From NCBI GenBank assembly GCA_002633005.1, contig NMRA01000258.1, forward strand, positions 1 through 64,000: a stretch of 64,000 nt of DNA, written 5' to 3'. Source of the stretch: Phoronis australis. Lineage: Eukaryota > Animalia > Phoronida. Below are positions 1 to 13,481 of this stretch, one piece after another; position 1 is the first letter of the stretch, and the number at the start of each line of letters is the position of its first letter. A program made the position numbers and the translations under genes. A model generated the notes under the pieces. That model did no database searches. It was given only the letters and a program-made list of their open reading frames with translations, and was not told the origin of the DNA.

Positions 1-130
1 CCTCTATATTAATATAGAGGGCCCCGCTCTCCGGCCTCCTTTCGGCGGGGCCCTCTATATTAATATAGGGGGCCCCGCTCTCCGGCCTCCTTTCAGCGAG
101 GCCCCCTATATTAATATAGGGGGCCTCGCT
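1..130. repeat. Tandem repeat of about 51-bp units, each centred on a palindrome
   Basis: About 2.5 units of ccctctatattaatatagagggccccgctctccggcctcctttc. 95-130 (agcgaggccccctatattaatatagggggcctcgct) is a perfect 36-bp palindrome. Confidence 0.85.
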
Positions 131-314
131 TTTGAGGTCCGAAATTCAATTTTTTGCCACGTGACACCCTCCATGTGCAAAGGTACTTACAGCAATATGA
201 CTTTGAGGGTTTAATCAGTGTGAGACGTATTTCGCAGAAAAGTTTCATGCGTATGAATTCCGAAAGGGAGCATCATCGTCTCAACTGCTAAGTAGAGACG
301 GTTCCACTGTCTAT

Positions 315-860
315 CACCTCATGATCTATTGCTTGAATTTTCTCATTGACTTTGAAGCTAATCATAGTCTTCACGACACGTGTTTAATTGTTAGCAAATT
401 ACCGAATACATAGACGGCGCAGCACTGAAGAAAGTGTGGGGTTATAGCCCCACCCTCCCCAGTCCCCCTGTGGTGCACTGCCCACAGATCATGGACGGTG
501 CAGCATTGAAAAAAGTGACAGGTGGCTATAGCCCCCCCCCCCCCCAGCCCCCTTTGGTGCACCGCTCATGGACTATCAAAGTTTTCCGGTTAGCGTGCTA
601 CTCCTCGAATAAGTAGTTCGATAGGAGTGGTCAATAAGCGCTGTCTTAAAAGCTATTGGCATCTAATTTGGTCACCATGTGTTGTTTCTATTTGTCGTAA
701 TGTGGTTTACGAAAAGAATAAACCATATGATATTATTAATTATGATTACCGTTTGTGAATCCTCGGACTATATCAAAACGCAAGGTGGTTTATCTCCAAT
801 CCGTAATCAATATTTGCAGTTTTTAGCTTACCAGTTCATCACAACTGTGTCTGACTCTGG
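315..860 (+). repeat. Dispersed repeat; diverged inverted copy at about 24745-25192
   Basis: cattgactttgaagcta...gtcttcacgacacgtg and tcatcacaactgtgtc have reverse-complement matches near 25125-25160 and 24750-24770. Confidence 0.6.
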
Positions 861-3589
861 GCAGCGCTCTCTTTGATGATGGTGAAAGCTGCTCCAAACA
901 AGGCTGAAGCAGCAGCATAACTTTAGAACTGAAATGCGTGTTTTCAAATTCGTCTTGGCATGTACCATGCTATGAACATTCCCACTAAATAAAATTGGTT
1001 CTAACCCCGGTGTTTAAGGTAAACGGCGGGGTATGGAAAATNCGTAATCAATATTTGCAGTTTTTAGCTTACCAGTTCATCACAACTGTGTCTGACTCTG
1101 GGCAGCGCTCTCTTTGATCATGATGGTGAAAGCTGCTCCAAACAAGGCTGAAGCAGCAGCATAACTTTAGAACTGAAATGCGTGTTTTCAAATTCGTCTT
1201 GGCATGTACTTTTAAAACTGCTTATGGTGCCCGTCCATCGAGCAACTGAAGTGCTGGCGCGAGCTTTCAGACTCTATCTGACAGCTACCCCTGCTTGTAC
1301 CACTGTGCTTCATAGGAGCATAGAACTCTAGACATGGTCTAGACAGTGACCCACCGTCTTTATAGCTGGCTCAATTGAGAGCTTTATACGCCTGAAGCTT
1401 TTCGGCAAATTATGCCTCACACTGACTAAAACACTATAGTCATGTTGCTGTAAACACATTTTCGCATAGAGGGGCGCCGTAGGAGGCCGTCGATGTCTTT
1501 AATTTCTTCCAACTCGAACAAATACTCCCTTTATCAAACTTTTTCTTCGAGCAGTCGGTTCCCATAATCGGAAACTGGCCCGAACACTGGGCCTGGCAAG
1601 TGGTATAACCAACCCTCCCACCGGATGCAGTGAATAGTCCCCCCCATTTGAGTCCACTTCTCATAACCAAAATATAGCTCATTGGGTATAGCGTTATTTC
1701 CCCAGGAGTTGTAAAGAAACAAATGTTCTGTGGCTTTTGTATTGGTAGTTTTCACCTTGGTGCCTGTCCTAAATTGTATGCCAGGCAGGAATCAAGAAAA
1801 GACTGAGATAGTGTACAACAACTTTTACTAAACACAGTTTCAATTGTCAGCTTACTTAATTTAATTGGAGTTTAAAATGAGTTTCTGCTCAAGCCATCCC
1901 ACGCCAATTGGTTCAACCCTCTTAAACATAGACATTTGCAACATGTATACTGTTATGAGAGTGGTCACATCGCATGGCCGTAACCATCTCTGATCGTAAA
2001 ATTTTAAACCTTTGTTATACGCTACTCTTTAATCTATAGGTATTAACTCAGTTATAGTACATATTTTCTGAAAGTAGAAAGCCTGTAGAATTTGTTTTTC
2101 TTGGCTTTTTATCAATCTGTCATTAATTGAGTCATGTGTCCATGTCTTCAGTGAAGTTTAGCAAATAAAAATAAAATAAAAGCATATTGCTAGTAAAATG
2201 TTGGTCTCAATAATATCATAACAATTTATTTGATATAAATTTTTAAGATGAGACCTCACAAAAACGTTGTTGCAGTTTTCTAAAACATCATAATGTTCTC
2301 GTTTTATGCCAATTTCATTTTTTGCATGACAGCCCCTAATGCAAAAGTGGAATATTTTAAAAACAAAGAACATTGCATAAAGCATCCGAAAGTTTCCTAC
2401 GCATCCGATGAGCCATTTCTGAGATATCATGTTCCCGAAGTTAGCCAAGGACATTTTCTTATTATCATACATAATTTTAATGCCGAAATACATTCCTTTA
2501 AAATGTTATAATCTAAAATGAAACCATTTACGCTCACGGCTCCGGCAAGTGTTGTAGAATATGAATCATGTAATATTTGGTATTTTTCGCGGTAATTTCC
2601 TTTCCATGCAACCAGCACTGACTATTTTGTACTCTCATTGAACATGTTGCAGTCAACAACATTTCCTCTAACAAAAACCAAAGGCGACTGACTTTTTTGC
2701 CGCAATCAACTAAAGATGCTATGTCTCATTAAATTGCGAGTATGCAAAGGAAGTGCTACCGGTAGTTTACAAACAGCCCCGGGTCTTCCGGTGTGCCGGA
2801 AAGCATCCGAGACGGAACCAGTTATAATTACAATCTCGCGAAAGACTCGTTTTGCGAGACTATTTTTATGTAAATGAGTATGGTAATGTGTTATCGTTAC
2901 CGTAATAAAACAAGGCACAGTTTTTATTATTTGTTCATTTCACAATCAGATAAAGATTGCGTGATATTTGGAACTACTAGGGTTTTCTATATGTTCACAC
3001 TTGTTTTGATTGTATCAGTTGTGGTGCTTTCTTCAAAACCGCATTTTATTTACAAATTGTTTCTGTTCCTGATAATACTTGTACACACAGTTCTCCAGGA
3101 AGTCACAAGGTGGAGCTTGCTACAAATTTAAATATTCACGGTTTTACTGAGACACAGCATCGTTAGTTTACGCACGGTATTATTTTTAAAGATATAACTG
3201 CTGCACACGTGCTTTAAGTGAAATGAGTAAAGATAAAGAGATCTTGCCGCACACTACAAGATCACCATCTGAGCTTACAGCCGCTAATAGACACCTCATC
3301 TGGCACCCTCTCGTACTTAATGCAACAGGTGGTCATTCTATCACATTGATTGACCACTCATTACCTTTGCTGCCACTAACATCCCTACGTAATTTATTTC
3401 AGACGCTTGTTGAGATAACACAATTGGGAACGTCTTGCATGAACTTCAATAAATGCAGCAAATTGTATTTCTACAGGTCGTCCGCCATTCAAGAGTAACG
3501 AACGGAGATTAGATCTGCCGCCCTAATATAGGATAAACTAATGTTTTTGCTGCAAGTTTAAACATTTGCTGAATATCTTTGACGTTAAA

Positions 3590-4335
3590 GAGGCATGGAA
3601 AGCGAAAGCATGACAAAAATATCTTTTAAACAATCCCTGACGAAAGCACCATTTCGCAACGTCGACTACAAAGTTACTCTTTCCCACTGCGAGGAAATTT
3701 CCAGAAAAAATCACAAAATTCAGGATTTTTTAAAATACGCACGAAGAAATAATTCTGCCCGCAGAGTTTCGAGTCTCTCTCCCCCTTATGATAAATGCAC
3801 GCATGCGCTCACAGTCATTCCATGAATAGCAGGCATACAAGATGATTATCATGTTTGATCACACTTCGAATCTGAGGTCGACAGCACAGTATGGGGCATG
3901 CCAGTGAAGCTAGCAATTCCCTAAAAAATCCAGCTGCATTTTAGAATATATTTGAATACTACAATACTTTTATATATGATTTTAAACAGTTAGGACTTAT
4001 CAATTGCTGTACTCGCTGTGAGTCGAACTCGCCAGTGTTTAGATTACATCAAAGGTCAAAGGTCACATTGTCCAAAGTGCTACGTCTATGTTTTGCCTTA
4101 CTACATATGACGTGATTGCTTTGTAGGGTGAAAAATCGTGTGACGAGCAGTTGACGCGTCGACTTTTAAAAAGTGAAACTAAAAAAATGCTTTGACATAA
4201 ACAGAAACTAAAAATCTTTACGAGCAAATCGCAAAAAATACTTGGCGAGCTGGTTGATTTCAGTTTCAGTGGCAATGAACCACTTTGAGTAATGCAATTT
4301 AGTCTGTTTTTTCGCGTTCTAGGCCTCTTAAACGT
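3590..4335 (+). repeat. Dispersed repeat family; other copies at about 14785-15060 (-) and 57277-57820 (+)
   Basis: Shared blocks ggcatggaa.gcgaaagc, tatcttttaaacaat.cctgacgaaag, ggtcaaaggtcacatt and gaaactaaaaaaatgctttgac. Confidence 0.7.
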
Positions 4336-5567
4336 TTGGCTCATTTTGTTTCTATTGAGAACAACTCATACCGTTTTGCACAATAATCAAACTACTACTT
4401 GTGCAAAAAATCCTTGACCGTTTGCCGCGAGTTCAGGCGAAAATTAGAATATGCAAACAATCTAACAAACGGATACAATGTGAAGAACATGTTTTCTTTT
4501 TTCACTGGTTTAGCACAAACTCTAAAAGAAAAAATATCTGTTCATTAATGAGCGAGTGGTATTTTACTAAACAACATTCAGACGGGTGCCAGTGGATCTC
4601 AGGGAGGGACTGGAGTCGCGGCACCGATGATCGGACAGGGCCCATAACAAAGTAGAAAACAAAACATAAAAATTCTGACCGGACCACTAAATAAAATGTT
4701 TGGGTTCTCCGTCGTTGCGTAAAAGAACATCTAGAGGTTTCGTCTACAGTAATCGTTCAGTGCTCCTATCAGCTTCACGAGGACCATACAGGGACTCCAT
4801 AAGGGGAATCCCATCGTCTGAGAAGCTTTACTACCATAATAAACAGTTTGAGACCGTGCTGGCTCTCCTAATAAGAACACTTGGAAAGAGATTATAACTT
4901 AAATTAAAAGATTTCTTCAATTATCCTTCCAAATTGAAATGGTACGTAACGATGACGAAATTTTACATCACTTTAATAAGTAATTTGGTAATATTACCTC
5001 ACAATCCAACAAACTCATTCTTTAAATTTGTCACGTGTGTCCTTTTTAAATTCAAGTTTTGAACCTGTTTTTGGGTTTGACTTTGTTGATATTAGAAAAG
5101 TGCAACTAAACCTACCTGTGGTCATGATGGAACATCCCGTGACCACACCACCAGTTCTACCAGAATATCCTTCTAGAACAATTGCCTTGAGTGTGGGTGC
5201 CTCTGAGGCTCAGTCATCGATCTCAAGGATTACCTTTGGAAATATCTCGCAAACGGCAAATATGTAGTATTTATTAAGAACAACCGACGGACTTGTGGCA
5301 AAACACATTAATTTAGGCAAAGTAATTAAAATTTCTTAAACCAAGGGTGGCAAATGCCGAGCCTTCCATTTGCCCTACTCATATTTCCAACTATTCCTCG
5401 AACGTATTACAAACGAGTGAGACAATTCCCTCCAAATGAGAGTTTGGAGCCAAGTACTAATGAATGCAAACAAGATTTGGTAACCGCACTGTTCTTAACC
5501 TGGCGGTGTTACGAAAGCAAGTGGTTTCCAGCTGTCATTAATCCGCTGCATATGTTTTAATTTACAG

Positions 5568-5721
5568 AAATATTTGGTGCCATTGTAAGCATCTTAACTA
5601 TATGGATCGTAACAGTAATACTTGTATACTTGGCCGCGCAGCGAATCATTCACGGCCAGTACGACATTGAAGCGGACGCCATGCTGATTACCTCGTCTTT
5701 AGGAATCGTATTCAATATCAT
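5568..5721 (+). CDS. SLC30A2: ZnT2/SLC30A2-like zinc transporter, internal exon (TM3-TM4)
   Basis: tttacag acceptor and gtaagt donor. Translates (E)IFGAIVSILTIWIVTVILVYLAAQRIIHGQYDIEADAMLITSSLGIVFNII, close to ZnT2 EILGALVSVLSIWVVTGVLVYLA...MLITS...NII. Not in the ORF track. Confidence 0.92.
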
Positions 5722-6446
5722 GTAAGTATTCTCGAGCGCCAATATAACGTAGGTGCATTTAGAGGCCAAGGAGGGTTCCTCTACCAGACCAAGAAACGTC
5801 GAGGACGTTTTCCTTCGAAAACTGAATTTGAGTCCCTCATGCGGCATTCTAGATGCGCCAGTGTAAATGAATAAAATTTCACACCCTTTCTTTCAATGAT
5901 TCTCTACTCTCCGCATTACCTTTCCGAAAGGATCAGCAGCTGGAAGGTTAGGTTTTTATGATACAAGAGTCAATACATAACTTCCGTTGGCCAGTGAAGA
6001 TGATACGTTGGAGACCAACATCTTGCCAGACCTTGCAAAATCACCCGAGTGAAAGAAGAGTATTCCTTGGGAGCATAATTATTCGCTTATCTTAGCAAAA
6101 TGGCGGCCACTGAAGTGGTTGGTCGGCCAGGTTGGAGTGCTGAATTATAGGGATTTAGGTCACTATTGTACCATGAGATGTTTTTCGCAATCTTATGTTT
6201 TGCGATCCAAGGAGTACTGATTTTGAGAACCAGTTTCCTTCGCTGACACTGAATAGGCCTAACGGCCAACAAACTGGTTCTCAAAATCCGGCTTCGTTTG
6301 ACAGAGTTGTTTACCAAACGTTTTCGAAGAAATTTAGAATGATCTACTTTCAATGGTGTAATGAAACATTAGACTATAAAAGGACCAATTTACGTGACCT
6401 TCACAAAAAAATTGCAGTTCCACCAGGAAGATGTCGCTAAAACCCC

Positions 6447-9400
6447 AGTAGTGTAGAAAGTTGTTTTAGCGCCCCGTTTGTGCGGGTCCTCGGTCAAACG
6501 TCATAGGTCAAAGGGGGAAAGCTCAAAGGTCATGTGTGAAGGAAGGCAGAGGTCGAATCAGAAGTCACGTGATTGATGACGTCATCAGGTAAGTTAGGGC
6601 GTGGCACCGTCCACCACCCAGATGTTTTAAAAGAATACGTTGTGTTTGTAGAGTTCAACTGACCAAGAGTGGAAACAAAATAGGGGATGCGCTGCGTACT
6701 GAATACGAGCAAAAGGTTGATTCCCTTATTTTGCGTGCGTCACGCGTCGTCTTTGCATGTTGTTTCTTCTCTTTCATCAACAACAGAAGTGACGCGTATA
6801 ACCCCTGGAAGATAGTGGTATTGTAATCATCTAAAATAAAACATAAACTTAATATTGTTTAAACGTGTATTAATAACAAAGGACATTCGAATACACTACA
6901 AAAATTATCAAGACGTTCAGGCTCCATTATCCGTACAAGTAGTAAATTATTAAATGTCCTGAATAAATGTTCAAAGGTCCAGTGGTGACCGTGACGCCGT
7001 CGTCGAACACCTTTCTTTTGGGATAAAAGTAGATGAATACACACCTCTCTCGCAGATAGGTATACATGGTGTTATCGCCGCCTAATCGAAATCCTTTGTT
7101 GAGAGTCGAGCTTAACATAGCACGATAACAGACGGTGAATGGAACTACACAATTGTACATAAAGCACGGTCCGGAATCAGACAAATATACTTATGTTCAA
7201 CATTTAAGGCCTTGGCCAAATGTTACATAAAACTTACAGGATAACGCCGAAAAGATTTTCCCTGAGGGCATAAGTACTAAACTAATAATAAGATATTGTA
7301 ACCACCTATGAGAGATGTTCAGCCGTCTATTAATTATAGTAGCGCACCATAGAGGACTGGTGGGCTATAGCCCCCCCACTTTCTCAGTGCTACGCCGCAC
7401 GTGGTCTATAGGCGGTGCACCACAGGGGGTCTGAGTGCGCTTTAGCCCTCCCCCCCACCCCCACTTTATTCAGTGCTGCGCCGCCCATGTTAATAACAGC
7501 ATACAGAAGTGGATAAAAGTGGGTGAATACAAAAGTTTACATGAAATTTTCTTACACAATGGTACATAAAGCACGGTCTGGGCTGAGACAAATCTACAGG
7601 GAAAATGGCGTCGACCTCTTCAAAGGTGGCATCAGCGTGCCCGGACAGACCATGAAAATTCTCTTCAAAAATACCGGTAACGTATTATTTACACTGTTTG
7701 AGGAAAAACACAAAGACTTGTACTATACCTTCAAACAGAATATCGTCGGAGGCCAGGTCCCAGTATTTTTTTCCACAGGTACCACGAAAAGGGAAAGACG
7801 TTTATGCGCCAAAGGGAGATGGAGTAAAGGGGAAAAGGGCCTAGATGGTGTCAAACATTCTGGGTTTCGATATAAATGCTCCCTTTATATTCGCAGCATC
7901 ATGAACAAGCAACCGGCCGGACCAGTTATTCCAGTCGTCGTAGGCAATAAAACAATTTCCAACGAAAGTTTTCCCACCCTAAGGCGCGAAATGCAACTGC
8001 TTGGTTGGATTACGTAGCGTGGCAACGCGAATTCAGCATTCGTCACCAGTTCAACGAGGTTGAAAAAGGATGGGACAGTGTCGTATTCCAGTGGACGGTT
8101 TCTGTCGTCAGTCGCACAAAGCGTTACAATTCTAAGGATGTTACTGGCACGGTCACGACTGTCGTCTCCCGAGAAGAGACGACGGAGCTCCAACGGCGAG
8201 GAAAGAAACCCGAAATGTTGCCATGAGTGAGTTTATGGAGAACACCAGAAAGATTAGAGACTATATCATCGATCAAGGCTTCGATTACGAAGAGATCTGG
8301 GAGCGCGAATTTGTTGATTTGAAACGGCAAGACGATACCCTAAGTTCTTTTCTCAGAAGACGAGAGTTACTCACAGAACGTTTCTACACTGACTTGACGA
8401 GCGAACAAATAGAGACATTCGTTCTAGATAGTACTCTATGCGGGGTTGTGGAATGTGACATCGAAGTTCCGAGGCATCTGAGAGAGCACTTTTCAGAAAT
8501 GCAACCCACATTCAGGAATGTAGACATCAGTAGAGAGGACATAGAAGAATTTAATATGCTGGCTGACAGAAACAAAATCATGAGCCGACCACGACGATCT
8601 CTGGTGGGGAGTTTCTTCGGTGAGAAAATTCTGTTGGCAGTGGTACTTGGAACACGGCTTGGAGATAACAAACGTCTATCAAGTGGTCGAATTCACTCTC
8701 GTAAAATGTTTCGAGCGTTTTGGTGAGGAAGTCAGCGACGCTAGACGGAAAGGGACAAAGACAAAAACAAAGATATTGTAGCGCAGACGATGAAGCTTAT
8801 AGGTAACAGCTAGTGCGTATGGTAAGACGGTAACGAACCAAGAAAAGCATCCTGACGCCAAGTATTGCGGAGAAGCTAAGGCTCATCAGGAGGTCCAGTT
8901 CCGGGAATTTAGACATGTCATCTGCATCGGGGACGAAGCCTACGAACTGGAGATGAAAAAGAAGTCCATCCGCCTGAACCTGCCTCTTCAATAGGCTTCT
9001 TTGTCTATCAGTACGCGAAGTTGCGCATGTTGGAGTTTTACTACGACTTCATGTTACGATTCGTCGACAAATCCGATTTTGAATATTGCGAGATGGTCAC
9101 ACACTTGACGCACATGGCCATATCTAGAGGTTGTGATTAAACCCGACATGTGGCTTTCGAGAGGAAAAAATATCGCTGGTTTCCGCTAACAGACACAGAA
9201 GAAAACGAGGCCTACGACATGCGAACGCCTGGTTTGTTGAAGTTGGAATTCGAAGGGGTCTACTACATTGCACTTCATTGCTCTAAAACGTATTACGGGG
9301 GGGGGGGGGGACAACGGTAAATCTCAGGAGTACGACGACAGAGAAATGAAATCGACAAGGTGAGGTATCTCAAAGTGTTACAGACCACAAAGAGTACCTC

Positions 9401-10270
9401 AGCCTTCAACAAAGGATTTCTGTTTGGCGGCGGTAACACCACGTATACCTATCTGCAAAAGAGGTGTGCATTCACCAACTTTTATCTCAAAAAGACAGGT
9501 GTTCGACGACGTCGTCACCACTGGACCTTTGAACATTTAATTCAGGACATTTAATAATTTAATACTTGTACGGATAATGGAGCCTGAACGTCTTGATGAT
9601 TTTTGTAGTGTATTCGAATGCTTTTTGTTATTAATGCACGTTTAAACAATATTAAGTTTATGCTCTGTCACAGTATCTTAATTATTATTAGTTTAGAGTA
9701 CCGTCGGTACCGGGGTTAGTTATGAGCGACATCTGTTGTTTAGTTAGGTGGTTATATTATCCCCTTATCATCTTTCACATGTTATACGCAACATCTGTTG
9801 TTAAGAGATGAAAAAGAGAACAAACAATATACAAAGACGACGCGTGACGCACGCAAAACAAGGGAATCAACCATTTGTTCTTATTTGATACGCAGCATAT
9901 TCCCTATTTTGTTTCCACTCTCGATCAATTGAACTCTACAAACACAACGTATTCTTTTTAGAACATCCGGGTGGTAACGGTGCCACGCGCTAATTTACCT
10001 GATGATGTCAGCAGTCACGTGATTTCCTATTCGCCCTTCCGATTTACCGATGACTTCCAGTTACACGCATGACCTTGACCTTGGATCGAGCTCCCTCTCT
10101 AACAGGTCCAAGGAAACTTATTACGTAATAAGGTATGACGTCATTGTCACTTCCATTCGGTAGGCGGATGTCGCCATTTCTGATTGCACTCATCACACGT
10201 GATCATTGACCTTTCCCCTTTGACCCAGGACCCGCACAAACGGGGCGCCTAAACAACTTACAATACTACT
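6447..10270 (+). mobile_element. Non-autonomous, internally deleted Polinton/Maverick in a ZnT intron
   Basis: Starts AGTAGT and ends ACTACT. Exact 6-bp direct repeat AACCCC at 6441-6446 and 10271-10276. Long imperfect inverted arms (about 6447-7102 vs 9406-10270). Contains a decayed protein-primed PolB. Confidence 0.93.
7596..9540 (+). pseudogene. polB: Protein-primed family B DNA polymerase (pPolB), C-terminal part, frameshifted
   Basis: Fragments across frames: NIVGG; GFDINA (motif A); VDGFC...GCYWHGHDC insert; MKLIGNS..YGKTVTN (motif B); LPLQIGFFVYQYAKLRMLEFYYDF; degenerate DTDS region; RTPGLLKLEFEG; SKTYY; NKGF...YTYLQKR. Several stops and frameshifts. Confidence 0.9.
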
Positions 10271-11752
10271 AACCCCCAGTTCCGGAAACCGGCTCTATCG
10301 TCTGTTCCCTCTTCCGCCATTACTGAGCACATCTGACATGTGCAGATGACACCCTTAACGGTTGTATGAATGCCCTACAAACACAAAAAACTATCAATTC
10401 AAGATGATCGAGAATTTTTTTTGTGGTCAGGAGACGATTCAAAACCCCCATATTTCTTCAATGCATGCGCACACCCATCGGGGACTCGGGGGCTCGAACG
10501 AGGTCCCTTCATTTGGCGAAGTGGGTAAAAAGGTCAGTCTTAGAGAAGCAAAAACTCCGAAAAAGTAGAAAACGAGACAAAAGTCCACTAAAAAGGCAGG
10601 TACTACCAAAATTCGGCGAATGCACAATTAATTCATAGCTCTGAGAGTACCCCGTGAATCTTTAGTAAAAGGTCCAGTGACATTCTCAAAAATTCGAGTC
10701 CCCCATTTTTAGGCTGGGTGCGCGCATGCAATGAAACGTAAGTAACTCTCAAGTTATTTCTCCGTCGGAGGCTCCTTACGACGCACATAACATGTAGGAA
10801 CGCTTTCCAAAGGCAGATTTGTGCGGTGTTTGCTAGGCGGTCGTAAGGTGCTCTTGAGGTGGATTTGTGTACAGTAATTTATGCATGTGGGGAGTTCTCA
10901 GGGCCTACAAAGAAACTTGTGGTCTACAAATAGTCGTTGCTGGGTTTTCGAGGTGATACATCTGGATCCAAAAGACTTGGAGGAAACAAAAACATGTAAA
11001 ATGATTTAAAACTTAGTTAGCTCTGTCGGTAGAAGGTAGCATTACTCCCATCTTCATCGGGGTACATTAAATATTTCCGCAATTTCCTGGCAGATACGTT
11101 TCTCGAACACAGAATTTTAGAGAAAATATGGCAACCATTTATGTACTCCGACAATTTGTGTCGAATGTCGCAGTATCTTTCTACTAACGACTTGAGAGAG
11201 CCGTGAGTCGCACTAAATGTGCTGCTCTACAAACATAAGAAATAACGTAAGTTGGCCGCAAAAATGCCGTATAACGATCCATGGCAACCTTGCAGAAACA
11301 AAAACTAAGAAGTTTGAGGTTATTGTACTACTGTTATTTTCTTATGAACTGTTCAGGATGGTCTCACAAATTTAATGACGGCCGTACGAGCAGTACAAGA
11401 AGGCTGGGAAAATGTGTGCCCCTCCAAGAATCGCTTCTGACAGCGCACAAGCCCATTTCGTAAGAACCTTATGAATGTAGCATACCGAATCTACTAACAT
11501 TTGACGTTACTGAACTATTGTCGGTTTACTGGCGTTCAGATAGGCCTATGCGACCAAAAGAGATAACAGCGTCGTTAATTTTGCTCATCATGTAGTTCTA
11601 TTTACTATTTGAGTGTCTTCTCGCCCTCTGGGGTTGCCGAAATGAAACGTTCAAGTTAGAAAAGCATGAGAAGGCTAGCTAGAAGTCTCAAGATATTCAT
11701 TTAGTTGTTATTACCTTTATGCTCGTGCTAATGCACTCTGTGCCTGTTCCAG

Positions 11753-12209
11753 AATGGGCATTCTTCTCCATTTGAATATATTCACCAAATGTTCTGGATT
11801 GGATTTGGGTTCACACGGACACAGCCACGGACTTGGTAATTCCCACGGACACAGTCACGGCTTGGGCCAGCACAGATACAAAGAAGACATGGAGGGTCGA
11901 TTGCTATCCAAGGACCCTCGACCAATGGATTACAAATCTTTGCGAAACGGAATCAGTAATGACGTGGAATTGTGTGAGCAAAACAGAGACAGCGAACAGC
12001 ACAGCAGCACTAGTGAAATTAATGCCAATTTAATTGCGAAACGTCGAGACAGTGCCCAAGATGCGGATGTCGGAAATAAGTCAAGCGAAAAAACAAACTC
12101 GAAACATCAGCAAAAAAGCATCTTACTGAGAGCTGCATTTATTCACATTATTGGAGATCTGTTACAAAGTATTGGCGTTTTCATAGCGGCTGTCATCATT
12201 AAGTGTAGG
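11753..12209 (+). CDS. SLC30A2: ZnT2/SLC30A2-like exon: His-rich loop and TM5
   Basis: ttccag acceptor in phase with the previous exon. Encodes SHGHSHG twice and RAAFIHIIGDLLQSIGV (HxxxD Zn site). Donor AGG|gtaggt. Confidence 0.92.
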
Positions 12210-13481
12210 GTAGGTAATATGCAAGGGGTGACAATAACATCATGCCCGTGCCTTCCAATTTCCAGTTACTATCCCCTAAACTCTAGTCCTGGACCGGCAG
12301 AAAAATTTCAGCTGCAGGCAAGAGGAGCTGCCGAGTTTGGGATTTTATCATCTGGATTAGAGCTTTTCGATTCTTGTATGGAATTTAGGGGACAGGTCTC
12401 AGGGGAAGTTGTATTGTCGTTCTGGGGTCAGATGGTCGGGACTACATCGTTGCTGGAATTTGGAGGCGTATTCCTGGAATTGTGATCCCTTAATATCATG
12501 TGACAATAATCGCCGGCACGTATGATGGTCAATACAAATAAGAATCAATTGACATGAAAGTAAAATAAGAGTAAATTCATAGTTGGCGCAATCATTACAA
12601 ACATTACGCCTGTGGCAGAGACTGACAAACGTGCTGCTTTCGAAAGTTCCTGAGCGTTCACTTTCTTTCTCTGTGCCAGGGATAACTATCTTTGGGCGAG
12701 GGATAGGTATCTCTGGGCAAAGGATATCTGTGTCTGGGCAAGGGATAGTAAAAAAGAACAGCAGCTATTCGTTCGATACCGACGTAGTAATTTGTTTAAA
12801 AAGTGACATTATCGGCGACAAAAAGTGATTTTTCGAGACTAGTTTTTAGGGTCGATTCGAAGCGGGAACTATGGAACCTCCCCGGTAGCAGTCAAACGCT
12901 CGGCTGACGAGCTAAATCCCGATAGATAAATAGCAGAAAATACTTTAAGCGTAACTGCTAACGTCACCTGCCTTGATTTCATCGAATGTCTAACAGACAG
13001 CGACAAGTATTGATAATTTGGAATAAAAATCACAATTAAACCCAACGGATTTTATTGTTTTATAGCTCAAATCAAAGCTATAAACTTCAAAAAGACTATA
13101 TTGTTCAACAATAATTCCAAAAATATGTTTGTGGCTGCAAAAACGATACTTTTTGACATATTTAAGGTGTGCGCTTGCGTAATACCCCTGGGTTTAGACG
13201 TGCATGAATTCCAGGTACCAAACCTTAGTTCGGAGATGCCGCTTATCGCATATCGGAGTCTTTTGGGGGCAAAAATCGAACAAGCTATTCCTTTTGTCTA
13301 GAAGCTTATTACCAATTTTACGCTTTGTTGACGTGATTATTTTGACTAGGACTACCAACCGCCTTTATTCTTGGTCATTGTGACACTCATTAGGAACATT
13401 ACGTCATGTCCTTACAGTTCTAGCATGACGTAACTTCAATAGACTTAGGTGATGCTAATTCTAATATCTGTTTTCTTGCAG

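Noticed and set aside
802-1208. Near-exact duplication of about 165 bp (802-965 vs 1043-1208)
   Set aside because: The second copy starts right after a single N at 1042, which suggests overlapping contig ends or haplotypes rather than a real duplication.
1440-1755. Two overlapping minus-strand ORFs
   Set aside because: No recognisable motif or convincing splice structure.
12210-12485. C-terminal 90 aa of the 243-aa ORF
   Set aside because: Read-through past the donor at 12210; ZnT similarity resumes at 13482.
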